A stretch of DNA of 64,000 nucleotides, from NCBI GenBank assembly GCA_039096225.1, contig JBBPEB010000005.1, forward strand, positions 186,001 to 250,000, in the 5' to 3' direction. The DNA comes from Blastocystis sp. Blastoise. Taxonomy: Eukaryota > Protista > Bigyra: Opalinata. The notes under the pieces are model-generated. The model saw only the letters and a program-made list of their open reading frames with translations, was not told the origin of the DNA and ran no database searches. This document shows positions 15,866-42,700 of the stretch, one piece after another. Both the position numbers and the translations under genes were made by a program. The first letter of the stretch is position 1. The number at the start of each line of letters is the position of its first letter.

Positions 15866-18800
15866 ATGAAATTGTTTCTTATTCTCGTTTTATTCACATT
15901 TCTCTGTATGTTAGTATCTCTATTTTCTATATATATATAAAATAGCACTTAGTTGTGAGATTGATGAAATCGAGCTTGTTGTTTTGAAACATTATACTGA
16001 ATTCCCTCAAGAGGAATCATTTGAAATATGGCAAGGATCACAATCCAATGGTACGCAGATTCTCAAAGTTCAAGGAACAAAATTAGACGAACAACTTGAT
16101 AGAAATTTTACTATTTGTACCAAGCCAATACCTCATACTATATATATGTATGATAATTATGGTGATGGTTGGGGTTCTATATCAGGAGTTCCTTATATTA
16201 GAATAACAATGAATTCTGCTGAAGTTTTCAAAGGTTGGATGTACTATAAACCAGGAACATCCTATAAAGAAGATTCTAAGACATTCTTACGTATATATAT
16301 TCATAATTTATTTTTTCATTTTTTTAAGTTTCCAATATATTATTGAATTTATAATTATTTTACTTTATAGCAAGATTATCTGTTGATTACGGTTCTCAGT
16401 GGCTTTATACGGATGAAGGTCAAGATAATCTCCTTTGGACATATGATCAATATGATGATTCAACATGGCATGTAGTTTTAGGTGGTCATTTTCCTTCATT
16501 TACATCATTAACTCGTTATTATCGTTATCATGGATTATTTAATATTGAAAATACATTTAGTACATTGATGTATAACTTGAAAGTCAATGAAGGATTTATT
16601 CTATATCTTTCAGGAACAGAACTATATCGATATAAATTACCTGAAGGACAACTTAATAGTACTATTCCTTCTTTATTTCCACGAGATATTCGATTAGAAG
16701 CTCTTTCATTTACTATCAACAAATATTTATTAAATAAAAATACTAATTATACTTTATGTATAGAAGTGCATCAATATAATAATACACAAGATATCGATAT
16801 ATTTGATGTTTCTGCTTCTTTATATGGTCCTGTTATAGATAATCAATGTTCTAATAATCGATTCTTTGATGGTAAATCTATAGGTATATTTTCAACAGGA
16901 AAAGAGATTAATACAGATATCCTATTTGATAATATATTATCAACATATTTAATAAGTGAAACTACATCAAAATTAAATGTTACTTATCAATATAGATCAG
17001 GAAGAAGTGAGTTATTAAATAGTTATAGTATTACATGTGCTACTATTGATACATATGGTCACCCCTCAAAATGGAATCTTTATGGATCTAAAGATGGTAT
17101 TCTATTTGATCTATTAGATATTCAAGAAAGCATTGTGTTCCATCATTCCTCAGAAACACAATTGTTTTCCCTTCGTAGTAATATGCAGAGTTATTCCATA
17201 TATCGTTTTGAATTTCTTGAAAGTAGTGTTCCTAATAAAGTAGCTTTAGGTCTTCTTGGAGGACATATATGTCAATATCCTTATCTTTCTTCTGATTTAT
17301 ATTATAATGAACATAATATAGAAGGATATAGTTATGTAACCAATGTTTTACTTTATCCTATTACTCAGGGATATCATTCTTTTTCTTCTACTCCATCTCT
17401 ACCTACAGGATTAACATTAAATAATCATACAGGGTTAATATCAGGAATTGTTAATATTCCTATTCAACAACAATATCGAATTCTTGCATATAATATACGT
17501 ACAGGTTTACCAAGTTATTATAATATCACTATACATATGAATTCATGTTCATTACCTGAAAAATCACTTATTCATTTCAGAAAAACAAATAAAGATATGA
17601 AAGTGGAAGAGTCATGGAGAGTGGAAACTTTAAATGGAACAGTATTATATATATCTCCTAAACAAGATGCAAATTTAGATACAACAGACTCTATATGTAT
17701 AGATACACAAGTAATAAAAGTGATATTAGAAGATTCTTTTGATGAAGGATGGAATAAAGAAAGTCGACTTTATATAGAACAAATGAATAATAATCATGAA
17801 TATATTACTTTAGGAATACTATATGAATATATTTCTTATTCTAATATATATTATTTCGATACATCTTTTCTTGTTCCATCTTCTTCTTCTAAATGGTCGT
17901 ATATTCAAGGGAATATACCCGATAAGTGGGCATCTTTAGTTGAACCTTCTGAATTCGAGCCATTTTCATTCTTAAATCCTATTAATACTACTTCTACTTA
18001 TTGGTTATTTAGACATCTATTTACATATATACCTCTTGAGAAAGAAACAGGAATAGAAATAAAAGTATATTGTAGAGCTGGATTTGTTCTTTTTATTAAT
18101 GAAGAAGAAGTATTTCGTTATTATATATCTAATGGACCTATTACAGTTAATACTACAGCTATTGCAGGAGAACTAAATCCTATATATTATACTATTACAC
18201 TTCCTCTTTCTTCTCTTCTTAATGGTACGAATATACTTGCTATAGGTATATTCAATTTACAAGGCAACTTACCTCCAACAATTCAATTTGAAACCATAGT
18301 AAAACGTATTATGTATAATGATTTAGGTATTCATCAAGATCTCTCAGTTACCTCTACTCCCGCGGGAAATCATATTGAGAATATTATTGATTTTGATGTC
18401 AATAGTTATTGGTCTGCTAGTTTATATCCTTATCAATCTGCTTCTATTCACTTTTATTATGGTAAATATCGATTCTTATATATTAATAAGTATTGTATAA
18501 CATCTTCTCAATTACCTTCCTCATCAGATCTTTCTGATTGGGCTATTTATGGAGGGCAAAATGGCGGGGAATCCTATGTTCTTTTAGCTAATGTAACGAA
18601 TGCTTGTTTTTCAGAACGAAAGAAAGAGATTTGCTTTTATCTTCCTCAAAATCATTATTCTTATAATGAATATCTACTCTATATAACAAAGAATGCTAAG
18701 CCTTCAATAGAACCTTATAGTTATTCATTTACAGAAATAATGTTATCTACTATAGATATGAACACTGTGTCTCTTCCACCTCTTTCTTATTCTCCTTCTA

Positions 18801-21800
18801 CTCTTGTGGGATATATTAATAATACTATTTCTACATCTCTACCTAGTTCAGAATACTATAATTATTTTAATATTACTCCTGAATTACCTTCTGGATTCTA
18901 TTTAGATTCTTCTACTGGTATTATCCATGGTGTTTCTACTCAAGTATTCTCAAATGAATATACTATTACAGCACTAAATCCTAAAGGAAATGAATATTCT
19001 ACTACGATTACTATAACCATTACTCTTTGTGATAGTACAAATAATCTTGTTTTATTAACTATTTTTGGAGGTAATGATGCCGACCAAATGGGTATTGAAT
19101 TTATTCAACAATCTCTATCAAATGAATCCAATATTCACGGTTATTCAGACAATTCTAGAACTCAATCCGTATACTTAAATATCACTCATTTCTGGAAATT
19201 CCAAAAACATACATATCCTCTTTGTATTCCCACGGGATTATATATATTTAATGCTTTCGATTCAGAACATAATGGTTGGGACCAAGGTTATTTCAATCTA
19301 CAAACGAATTCAGGTATAAATCTACTTGATGGATCTATGGGCAAAAATGAAGATAAAATATCTTTTCCTATATATGTAGGGTATCTTTTTGATATGAATC
19401 AACAAATATGGCATTACCAACATGGTGTGTCAGATATTAATAGCCAATGGATGGATCCAAAATATGATGATTCGACATGGGAGAAGAACACAATTAGTTA
19501 TTTAAGTCAACCCACGGGAATTAGTCAATATTATCGTACTTCATTTAATTTAGAATCTCTAGATAAGACAGCTGTTGGATTACAAATACTCGTGAATAAT
19601 TATGCAGGTATGATTCTCTATATAAATGGAGAAGAGATTCGACGTGTAAACATGCCTAATAATATAATCAATGCTACTACTCTTGCAACTCATGAATATT
19701 CTACCTATAAACTGGTATCTCTTTCTTATTTATTATCTAATCTTCCTCTTCATAAAGGAACGAATACTATAGCTATTGAATTTCATATGTATAAAAGTTT
19801 ACCTGCAAAGAATTACTTTAGAGTAGCTATGAGATATATAGTAGATCAAGAATATCGAGTATTAGATGGAGTAGGTACAACAAATCAAAATAGTATTGAA
19901 GATCATGAACCTATATATTTATATGATAATCGTATTCAAACTGTCTCTATTTCTGGTCCTTTATGTTCTGGAAGTATATATACATGGACATTCAACAGTG
20001 ATTCTTCAGAACAAGCTAATGTATATAGCGTTAGTAATGGTCAATATTGTAATAATAGAACCCCTTCTGGATGGATTCTTAAAGGATCTGTCGATAATAT
20101 ACATTGGGATATATTAGATGTACAAGAAAATCAACTATTCAAATATTATCATGAAACGAAATATTATACTTTCTATCCTTCTTCTAGTTATACTATATAT
20201 CAATTCATCACTACAGAATGTGAAAATACAGATATATATATAAATGAATCATGTGGAAATGAAATCTATATACAATTAGCAGATTTAGGTTTCTATATGT
20301 ATAATAAAACACCTTCTTGTATAGCTACTACTCCTTATACAGCTGGTTATGATGGTATTTATTCCTATGTTGCATGTGATATCGGTTATGAAGGCGTTAA
20401 ACGACGTTTATGTTCTAACGGTCAATATCAAAAAGAAGAAAATTTCTGTACATTGATAGCTCCTGTTTCTATTCATTACTCTACTTCACATATAATTATG
20501 AATAAAATGATTCAAGAACAATATTCAGCCGATATAATCGCTGCTGAATATATAATTCAGATCTCTCCAGATCTTCCTAAAGGTCTTTCTATTGATAATC
20601 ATACGGGTATGATATCAGGTATACCTCTTGTATATATGAATGAAACTGAATATATTGTTAGTGTCTCTAATTCTATAGGATCTTTTAATACTACTATTAC
20701 TATAGCTATTACTCAATTAATTTGTGCTTCTGAAGGGGATTGGTCACTTGCCGAAGGTGGTCAAACAATATCTTTACCATGTGAAGATACTATCAATTAT
20801 GAGGGATCTAGAACACGAACATGTGATCGTAGTACTTCTACAGGATGGGGAGCTCCTAAAGATTTGTGTTCTTTAATTCCTGCTTTTATTCAATATCCCT
20901 CTAGTAATATTAATGGATATATAAGAAAAGCAATAGAACCTATGAAACCAACAATAAAAGGCGGGAAATTGAATGCAATTCATATATCTCCGGATCTCCC
21001 CGCGGGATTTTCTTTTGATATTCAAACGGGTCTTATTGGTGGTATTCCTATAACAATGTTTACTCAAGTATATAATATAACAGCATCTAATGCTATATCT
21101 TCTTCTTCTTTCCTTCTAACAATTAGTATTTCTACTTATTATTGTCCTCCTGAAGGAGAATGGCCTCAAACTATGGCGGATACTACTTGTTATATATATT
21201 GTAAAGAGGGTGAGTTAGGAATCCGTACAAGACGTTGTGTACTCTCTAGTACGGAGAACGATGCTTATTGGGACCAAGAGGATAATAGTTATTGTATAGA
21301 TAATCAAAGTATATATACACTTCAAGAAGAATCTATTCTTGTGAATCTCCAATTAATCTTAGAAAATGTAACGTATCTTGATTTCCATAAGCCAATGCCA
21401 ACCGAAAGATTCCGTGCTATTATAGCTCATCACGTGCTCTCTCTTTCAATTCCTTCAGAACATGTATATATAACAGAAGTATCTTTTGACCATGCGAATA
21501 CATTAGTTACGATTACTTTAAATTGCTTAGCTACTCAAAAAGAAGAATTAACTACTAATTTATCTAGTTATATAACTATAGGTAGTTCTGATTCATTATA
21601 TAAAGAGATGCAAGCAGCAATTGATACACCTCTTCAATATATATCTGTAATTCGTTATGGAGAGAAACGATTCTGGTATTATGGTGAAAAAGAGGACCAT
21701 ACTCTATCAACAATCCTTTTTATTATATGTATTATAATCGTGGTTTTATCACTAGTATTATTAGTCATGCTTAGAAGATATTTACCTTGTTATGATTATA

Positions 21801-21853
21801 CTAGAGCTGCAAAACATTTGGAAATGAAATTGGAAACAGATACTTTACTTTAA
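15866..21853 (+). CDS. Large type-I membrane surface protein with repeated carbohydrate-binding-like / He_PIG Ig modules, Cys-Trp (HormR-like) modules and a C-terminal TM helix; 3 exons
   Basis: Signal peptide MKLFLILVLFTFL. Repeats of D-x-x-x-(D/E/N)GW, W...YDDSTW, P-S-x-W-x-L-x-GS-x-D and P-x-LP-x-G(L/F)...TG-x-I-x-G. TM segment ILFIICIIIVVLSLVLLVML. Exon 3 (16371-21853) is in frame with the 1762-aa ORF. Confidence 0.85.
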
Positions 21854-21969
21854 TTTATAGTATATATATACATTTATGTATACTCTATTTATTGATTTGT
21901 TTTTAATTGTTTATTTTCTATATTTTTATATTCTTAATATTATTTATTGTGTTATATGAAAAAAAAAAA

Positions 21970-21977
21970 TGTTTGTT
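21970..21977 (+). promoter_or_regulatory. Candidate Blastocystis-type polyadenylation downstream element TGTTTGTT
   Basis: Exact motif ~117 nt downstream of the stop at 21853, on the sense strand. Equivalent sense-strand copies lie at 2966-2973 (-) and 24062-24069 (-). Confidence 0.4.
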
Positions 21978-22046
21978 TAGTTTTCAATAATTCACAAAAA
22001 AAAAGCAAGAATAAAATGAATTACAATAATATATATGTTTATATGT

Positions 22047-23787
22047 TTATAATCGACCATAGACTTCATATTCATCAACAATAAAGTTATTTATAGCAAG
22101 AGGATCGTCTGTATTTACAAATAAAGCGCTTTTAAAAGGAGTATTCATATGACTATATGTATAAGAGAATCCACAATTACTATTTGCATTCTTATTACAA
22201 TGATTATGAATAATAATATTCTCAAAGTTTGGACCTGTTTGTGAATGTGTATATATTGAATTTTGAGGTTTAATAGACTCATATTGTGTAGGAGGAATAG
22301 AATGTTCATTTTGAAGTGTAAATATAAAAGCATCTGCGTCTATTATATATCCTATAGATTAATAGTATTCATATATTAAATTATAGACAAAGAATATATA
22401 TATATAAGAATAATAAGAATATATATATATACTTCCATAAGTATCATTTTCCCAGTTTTGTGACGTATATCCTCCGAATATATTCTGTTGGTTATTATGT
22501 CCTAATTGACGAATCAGAGTAATAGTTTCTCCATGGTTATCACAATAACGATGGAATTCACTTGAAGAATAATCATGCCCACTTGCTCTATATATATATA
22601 TATATTATTATAGATATAAATTATTTTTAGAATAATAGAGATATAAGAAATATAATAAATATTTAAAAATAAATATTTAAAAATAAATAAAAATTTTAAA
22701 TAAAAATAAATATTTAAAAACAAATAAAAGCAAATAAAAACAAATAAACATACCTAAATAATAACTTCCATTTCTTTTCTTCTCCTACCCATTCTCTTAA
22801 TTTATGAATATATCTAGGAGCTTCTTTCTGTTCATGTAATATAGTAGAATCAAATAATTCATCAAAGAAACTATAATATAAATGATGATAATCTTCTTCC
22901 ATCATTATACTAGAACAAAGAGATTGAAAATTATATTGATCTAATTCATTCTTATATTTATCGATATCTATTCTATATTCTGTATTATTTCTATTCTTTA
23001 TATAATCTTCTAATAAATCTATACAACTATTCTTTATATCTATAGAATATTGACGAGTTATATAATTATATTCACATCTATTCTTCATCAACTTATTCAT
23101 TATTACTTCTATTCTATTATTTCTCTCTATATATTCATTCACTAATATATTTGATTTACCATCAAATGTTATTAGTAGAGAATACTCCTTCCAATCTACT
23201 TGAATATTATTCTTTATTCCATCTAAATCCATAAATTGACAAGGTAATTGTATACCTAAGAAGCAATAAAAATCAACAAGTTTCTTTAGATATTCAGATG
23301 AGAAACCACTCGCATCTAAATCTTCATTGATAAGTAAATTCATACACATCAAACCAATTGAAGTATCATAATCAATATATATAGAATCCTCTTGATCTAT
23401 TACTTTATTCTCATAAAGTGTATATAAATAACTGTCTGGATTCTCTTTGATAATCGATAATGGAATCTTCACTTTTTTTGAAGTATTTTGAAATATTATG
23501 CGAACTAAACGTTTCGTATCTAATGGCTGATCTTCAAGTACTGTTTCTGATTGCTGAGTAGCAACAACACCATGTAATATACTTAACGGACTACTTTGTA
23601 AGCATTTTATTCTTGTACCTACACATTCAGTATAATTTTTTAAATGTTCTATCATAGTTTTAGAACTCTCTTGGTTCCAATTTGATAAATTTGAATGCTG
23701 ACTTTCCATTATTTCAATATCCTTTATAACCTGTGATATCTCTGAAAGGAGTTTATACTCTATTTGGCTTGAATTGTTACTTTGCAT
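22047..23787 (-). CDS. BTB/POZ-like plus C-terminal TLDc domain protein, 3 exons
   Basis: BTB-like IIKENPDSYLYTL...IYID. TLDc motifs WKLLFRASGHDYSSSEFHRYCDNHGETITLI, IFGGYTSQNW, DAFIFTL, YGRL. Stop TAA at 22047-22049. Confidence 0.85.
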
Positions 23788-24165
23788 TGTGAAATTTTTT
23801 TAATAAAATCAAATTTAATTTATTTGAGAAGAACTATTTATTTTAAACTCAGTCATCATACTTTGTAGAGAAATTATTTTATATTAGTTTTGAAGTAGTT
23901 AGTCATATGTTAATACTATCAAAATTATATGAAAAAGGCAATTGAATAAGAGATAAAGAATATAGATTAACAACACACTATTTAACGAATATCTATATAT
24001 TTATTATAATGAAAAATATTTACATATTTTCTAATATAGAAAAAGGGTATATCCTATAAGGAACAAACATGCGTTAACATATATATGTATATAATAATGA
24101 AGTATCATATAAATTAATTAAAATATATATATATATATATAATCATGTAGAAAAAGAGAGATTGG

Positions 24166-31481
<7,316 letters not shown>

Positions 31482-33984
31482 GGTTTAAATTGGATAATAA
31501 ATTATTTTTTTAAAGATTGTTTTTTTATTCCCATAGAAATCCGTTTCAGAAAAAAAATTGTTGTTAGCATCTTGTGATGAATAGAATTGAGTTCCTTCTG
31601 CGTCATAAAGTTTAAATTTTGAACTTTATTTGATTGTCACAACATAATGAAAGTATGTTTTTTATATGTCAATATCTCTTCCATTTTCATTCTGGCATTA
31701 AAATGGTGAAATAAATCATAATGACAATTTTTTGACCGTTTATTTGAGAATTTCGCATAATATCCGCTATTATTATTCCTTAATTCATTGTATTATTATC
31801 ACTTTATTAATATAGAAGAATAGTGAAAGTTTAAATTGTTGATGAATTGTAATTATTAGTTTTTTGTAATAGGGGAAGATCCATGATGTTTCAAGTTCTT
31901 GTTTATGCATATTTATATAATTTTAGTTACAAAATTCATATGAAAATATTTTTTCAAATGAAAAAACATTTTTTTGTATGAAAGAAAATATATCAAATCT
32001 ATGTACGATTGATTGATTGCTAGAATAATGTAATATTATGTATGAAACAAACAAAAAAATATATTTGAAATAAATGACTAAATAAAAAGGAAAAATAAGT
32101 ATATAATAATTTTTTAGTTTAAGAAATTGACTGAAAAAGAGTTAGATGTGCACTATATTTTATAGAAAAATGTTTTTTGTGTGTATATTACATACTTGAC
32201 ACATATGTAATTATAATTTTTGAATTTGGAATTGTTGTTCAGATACCATGACAAGTCATTATTAATATTTTCTTTAAATTAATGAGTCAAAATATATAAG
32301 TTAGCATGTAAGTCAATTTAAAAGACAATAAATTAGAAAATAACGTTATAGTTTTTCTTTGATAGCTTGTTTGAATAGTGAATTGCTTTATACTTTGTGA
32401 TATCGTCATAGAAAAACTGTGATTCGTCAATATCAGTATTCAATATTTTATTATATTCAAATGACCTACTTGTTTGATGGATCATGTAAAATAAATGTCA
32501 AGTTTAAATTAAATAGTGAGATTCAATGTCTACTGCATTCCCCATCAATTGTTATTATAATAATAAATGAAAATAATAAAAAATAATGAATCTTTGAAAA
32601 AACACTTAATAAAAACAATTCTTAAAACCAGAGATTCTTTGAGTTTAATGACTTGCTGAACAGAATCTCTTGATATTGTTCATCCAGTGATTTTCAAACT
32701 CTACTTATCTGCTAGTCTCAGGGTGTGCCAAAACTGCGCTTTAAGCGCAAAGTGCGCTTTTCGATGTTGTTTTTGCGCTTAAATCTTTTATTTCATTTTT
32801 CTTTTAATTTTTATAAATCTACATAGAATAAAACGTTTAATAATTTTTAGAGGATCGAGATAAGCTCAATAATGATGTTTTTGACATTTTACACGAGGTT
32901 TGTGTTTGTTGATGTAATTTGATTTGTTGTTGAATAAATAATAACCTTACACATATTATAATTAGAGAGCAAATTGAATTTTTTAGCATTTTTAGAATGT
33001 TAATCATGTAGTTATAATGATTGATTGTCTTTAAGTATTTAACAATTAGGAAAAAAGCGTGATTATGTGTAGATCTTAATAATATAGTAGTAGTAGAATC
33101 ATAATAGCAATACATGCTTCAAATTTTTACAAAACTTTGAATTCTTTTAAATTGGCTAAATACTGATTATTAGTGGTCAAAAAATTTTCAAACTCAGCTC
33201 ATCAAGACGCATTAATTTACACACTTTTCATGAAAAAAAGACCGGGTGACATAAAAAAGTAATTCATTCATTGACTATTATACTATGACATGACAGTTTT
33301 TAACTTAAAACATATTATTTTGATATATAATGTATAAATGTTTTGAAATAAGTCATCTAAGAAGATTTTTGTGACACATGTTGTGACAGATACATGACTT
33401 AAAAGTTCATAAGTCATCAAATAACAACAAGTATGATTCCTATATTTGACTATTTGTGTTAATTTGGGTGACAAATAAAAATTATTTTGTGACAAAAGTC
33501 AATTGCTTAAGATATTCTTTTGTATATTATTTTAAAGACTTTTATTTATGTTTATAATGAAAAATAATGTCAATAAATACTAAAAAATATTATAAAAAAT
33601 AATAATGTAATTAAAAAGTTTTTATTTTTATAAAATATCATGAAGTAGTCTTGTAGGGACTGTACAGATACATCCTGACAAGTAATAAAAATTAAATAAA
33701 CGAAAAGCATATTAAAATATTATTTTTCAAAAATCAAACAAAAAACAATAAAATGAACAAAAGCTGGATTTGAAAAAACAATACGTCCAACAAAATGATT
33801 TTTAATAGCCTTATAAAATGGTTTTAAAATGTATTTTATATGTAGAATAAGTCACACAACACATTTATAATATTTATATTATAAAATATATTGTTTTTAT
33901 GTTTAAAAATAAAAAAATAAAAAAACGGTTAGTAGTCACTAGCTTTGCAATTATTATATGACTTGATGAAAAATATTATAAGGG

Positions 33985-34063
33985 AGTTGTTTGGTCAAAT
34001 GGTCAGTGCGTATAAAATTTTTACATAGTGGACGGATCGAATCTTACGAGGAACTATTTTTTT
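33985..34063 (+). pseudogene. Degenerate tRNA-like / Pol III promoter relic 1
   Basis: A-box-like TGGTCAAATGG (33992), B-box-like GGATCGAATCT (34034) and a following oligo-T. The stems are too mismatched to fold a functional cloverleaf. Confidence 0.4.
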
Positions 34064-34347
34064 AAACTTTTTCTTTTGACTGCTATTTACAATGATTTTA
34101 TTTAAAATCAACTTTGTTTCATTTTTATTATCTGTAAACATTATTTACATCATTGATATCTGCTTTTTAGTTTAGAATCAACATATCAACAAACTTTTTT
34201 TTCAAAAAATAGTAATTATTGTTTAAAAACAATTCTAAGTATTTCTAGAATGTTATAAATGTAATAAAAGAGCATAAATATAATATTTGAAGATATCAAA
34301 TAATTTTAAACTTATTATATAGAACACATGAAAAAATAAAATTGAGA

Positions 34348-34425
34348 AATCGGTTGGTATAGTTGACCAGCGCTGTAGCTATTATGGTAATTGTCGCTGG
34401 ATCGAATCTCGCAAGAGGCATTTTT
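34348..34425 (+). pseudogene. Degenerate tRNA-like / Pol III promoter relic 2
   Basis: D-arm-like TGGT-ATAGTTG-ACCA, T-arm-like GCTGG-ATCGAAT-CTCGC and oligo-T after 34420. Shares GGATCGAATCT with relic 1. Confidence 0.4.
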
Positions 34426-34610
34426 ATTTTTATTTCTTGGAAAAACATCTTTTTATGAAACTTGTTCTTTTATATATTTATTTTGATTATCTCTTGATAC
34501 GATCATTTATTTTGGTTTAATTTAATTAACTTAGTTTATCAAGAGTATTCGCCTTGAGTATTTATTTTAATTTTTATAATCTGCTTTACTTAATTACTTT
34601 CTTTCTTTAG

Positions 34611-39700
<5,090 letters not shown>

Positions 39701-42700
39701 TTTTGTATATTAATGCTTAAAGTAATTATTTCATTGCTTCGTTTAGTTTGAATATGTTTGATGGCTTATATCAAATAAATGATAGCTTTATTTGCTCATT
39801 TATAAAGACATTTTTTTATATTTAGGTTAACTTTGTCAAAAATATTATGATTTATGGCCATGTATACAAATAAGGTGAAAAGCCTTTCATTCAGTCTGAT
39901 GACAAAACTCATGAGTATCATATTTTGTTACAAAAAACTTCCTTATGTGTTTGATAAATTCAGCAGAATTAAGCATGGCTGAAAAAGTGTCACAAAATTT
40001 GGTGGCAAGTGTCACCAAAGTCAGGAAAGGACTGACTATTTGATTATTTTTAAAACTTCAGTCATTCTTTAAAAATTTCAATGATAATTTCATTCTTTTG
40101 TTAAAGATTCAAATCAGAATAAGATTATTGCCTATAATATTTTTTCAAACTTGCTTTCTATCTGCTTTCTGAACTAATAATGGTTTATCATTAAGATTCA
40201 TATTGGTTTTTGTTGCATTGTGAACTCCTCTTAAATACTAGTCAATATCTACTACATGATGATTTCCCATTGTTTGTTGATTGCTTTGTTACGTACTTGC
40301 TCGTTATGATCAGTGTTCAATACACATATCTTACAATGTGCTACGTGATGGATACTTATCAGTTACTTATTCTTGGAATGATTACTTGCAATGTATAATT
40401 TTATGAATATTTACAGTTTGTTGCCTTCCATTTATTATTTACATCTGATTTGGTTACTCACCAAACTTCCTTACTTCTCTTCTTGAATTAGTATACTCAT
40501 TTTCTTTTTGTAACTTTGCGATTAATGAGATCTTTATTTATGTTGTTTGTATGTTTGATTTTATTCGACTAATGTGCTTTTGATTGCTTGTTCTACTTTA
40601 TAAGTGCTAATTATTTTGTTTTTGTTTTTTATTTTTCTGATACTTCCTTTTTTCATACTGTATTATAATGGTATTTATATATAACGATGACATTTTCTTA
40701 TAGATTTACTTATTATGAATTTTCTTATTCTTATTCTAGTATTTAATAAATACTTAAACACTTCATCTCTGCGATTAATACTTACTATGGTTACTAACAT
40801 ACATAAGTTTCTACTGAAGATAGTAGCAGATTAGTAACAATTGATGTTTATTTCTTTTCATCCTTAAATCCTTTTGTCTATATTACAATATTATCATGTA
40901 CTCTTATTCTATCAAGTTTACTATTATAAGTTTTTGAATGTTTTAGTATCTTATTGTGTAATTCTTTAATATGCTATTATACAGGAAAGTATCTATATGA
41001 TATTTCTTTGTTGTAGTTTTCTGTATAAAATTTTTGAATTTCTTTTTATTCTTTGTATATATTTTCATCTTGGTTAATTATTCTTCAACTTCTCTTCATG
41101 TTATCGTTAGTCTACTATTATATATTGAATTTTTAGTTATAAACCTTATCTTATTTCCTTATCTTATTTCATCTTTTGTTCTTTTAAGGTATTATAGCAT
41201 TACATTAATTGTATTAGTTTTCTGGTTTTTCAGTCTCTTCCTATCTTCTTCGTATGGTATCTTTATATTTATTAGACTCTTCATTTCTTCTGGTGCTTTT
41301 CAATTATTATGTGATCATTCGTAATACTTCACCTGCATGTTCTTTTCCCTTTATTAAAGAGTTTCTAGATGTGCTATTTTTATATTACTTTTATATTATC
41401 CTTAGTTGATATTCCTTTTTCTCCTATGATAGAATTCTTTATGTTCTTATGTTATTCTAATAGTCGTTTCATATTTCTCTATTAAACATACTATGAGATT
41501 TAATGACGATTTTCTTTTCCTTTAATAATTACAAATTCCTCATTATTATATATTATTATATATCTTAGTTTTATTATTCTAACAGATTTATTTTTATATT
41601 TGTTTCTATAATTGAAAACATACTCAATTAATTTATTTTCATATTTCATTCAAATATACTCTTCATATACATATTCATATCCTTCATTTATGGTTTTCTT
41701 CGTTTTCTCATGTTCTATATATTATCCCATGGTCTACTTGTTTTTGTGCCTATTTTTAATCCTATACTTCCTCATTATCTCTATTTCTTTATCCACTTTT
41801 CTTTTATTTCTAGTGCTTCTATTGTGTATATTGTGTGCTCATTATTAGACTTATTCATTTTAATACTGCTTCATCATTATCTCTCTTCATATTCTTTAAT
41901 GCTCATGTTTATTGTATTTCCTATTTACACAGTTATTATTTCAGAAGCATTTTCCATTTCTTGTCTAAATAATATGGGTTTGAATATTTTTATTAGTCCT
42001 ATTTCTTACTATCGTTTTTTATAATTCTTCTCGTTCGTTTCCTTTCTTTTTCTTTCCAACAATTTCTCTCTTGGCACTACTCATCATGGATTTTAGTAAT
42101 CAAAGTTAGGATTTGTTCTCATTGTTGTATTACTATTATCTATATACCACAAAAGATATTTTTATTATTTCTCTTCATTCTAAGGTTTTGCTCTTTTTGT
42201 TACTTAAACATATTTATATGGCTACTCTTATTTATTATTATTGTGTACATTCTCTTCTTCTTATTTAATTTTTTATAAAAGCCTAGTATCTACACCTTCT
42301 ATTCCTTCTATTCTTTCTCATTTCTAATTACTCTCATTTTCCAAAAATGATATAATTATATAATAGGATCTATGTCTCCATATTTCTTTCGTACTGTTAT
42401 TTAATAAAATACTATCTCTATTTACTTTAAACCATTTCAACTCCCTTTAACTTATTATCTATATACATCTTACATTCATGCTGATATGAATACTATAATA
42501 CTATTTGTATTTCTTCTATTTTGTTGAATACGGTTGAGGTAGTTCTCGAATTGTTTATTTTCTAAATTTATTTTCATTTCTATTACTTTAGATATTATAT
42601 CTTCTTAAGTGCATATGTACATAATTAATATGCTTATATATATTTACACCTGCTTTTTCCGTTATCAGCCGTTACTTCATATTATTTATACAATGTCTAA

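Noticed and set aside
34348-34425. Amber-suppressor tRNA (CTA can be placed in a 7-nt loop)
   Set aside because: No U33 or purine 37, a mostly G-U anticodon stem and no proper acceptor stem, so the anticodon cannot be assigned.
41720-41760. RPW motif suggesting a Ty3/gypsy integrase
   Set aside because: No HHCC finger, DDE context, RT motifs or LTRs could be found nearby.
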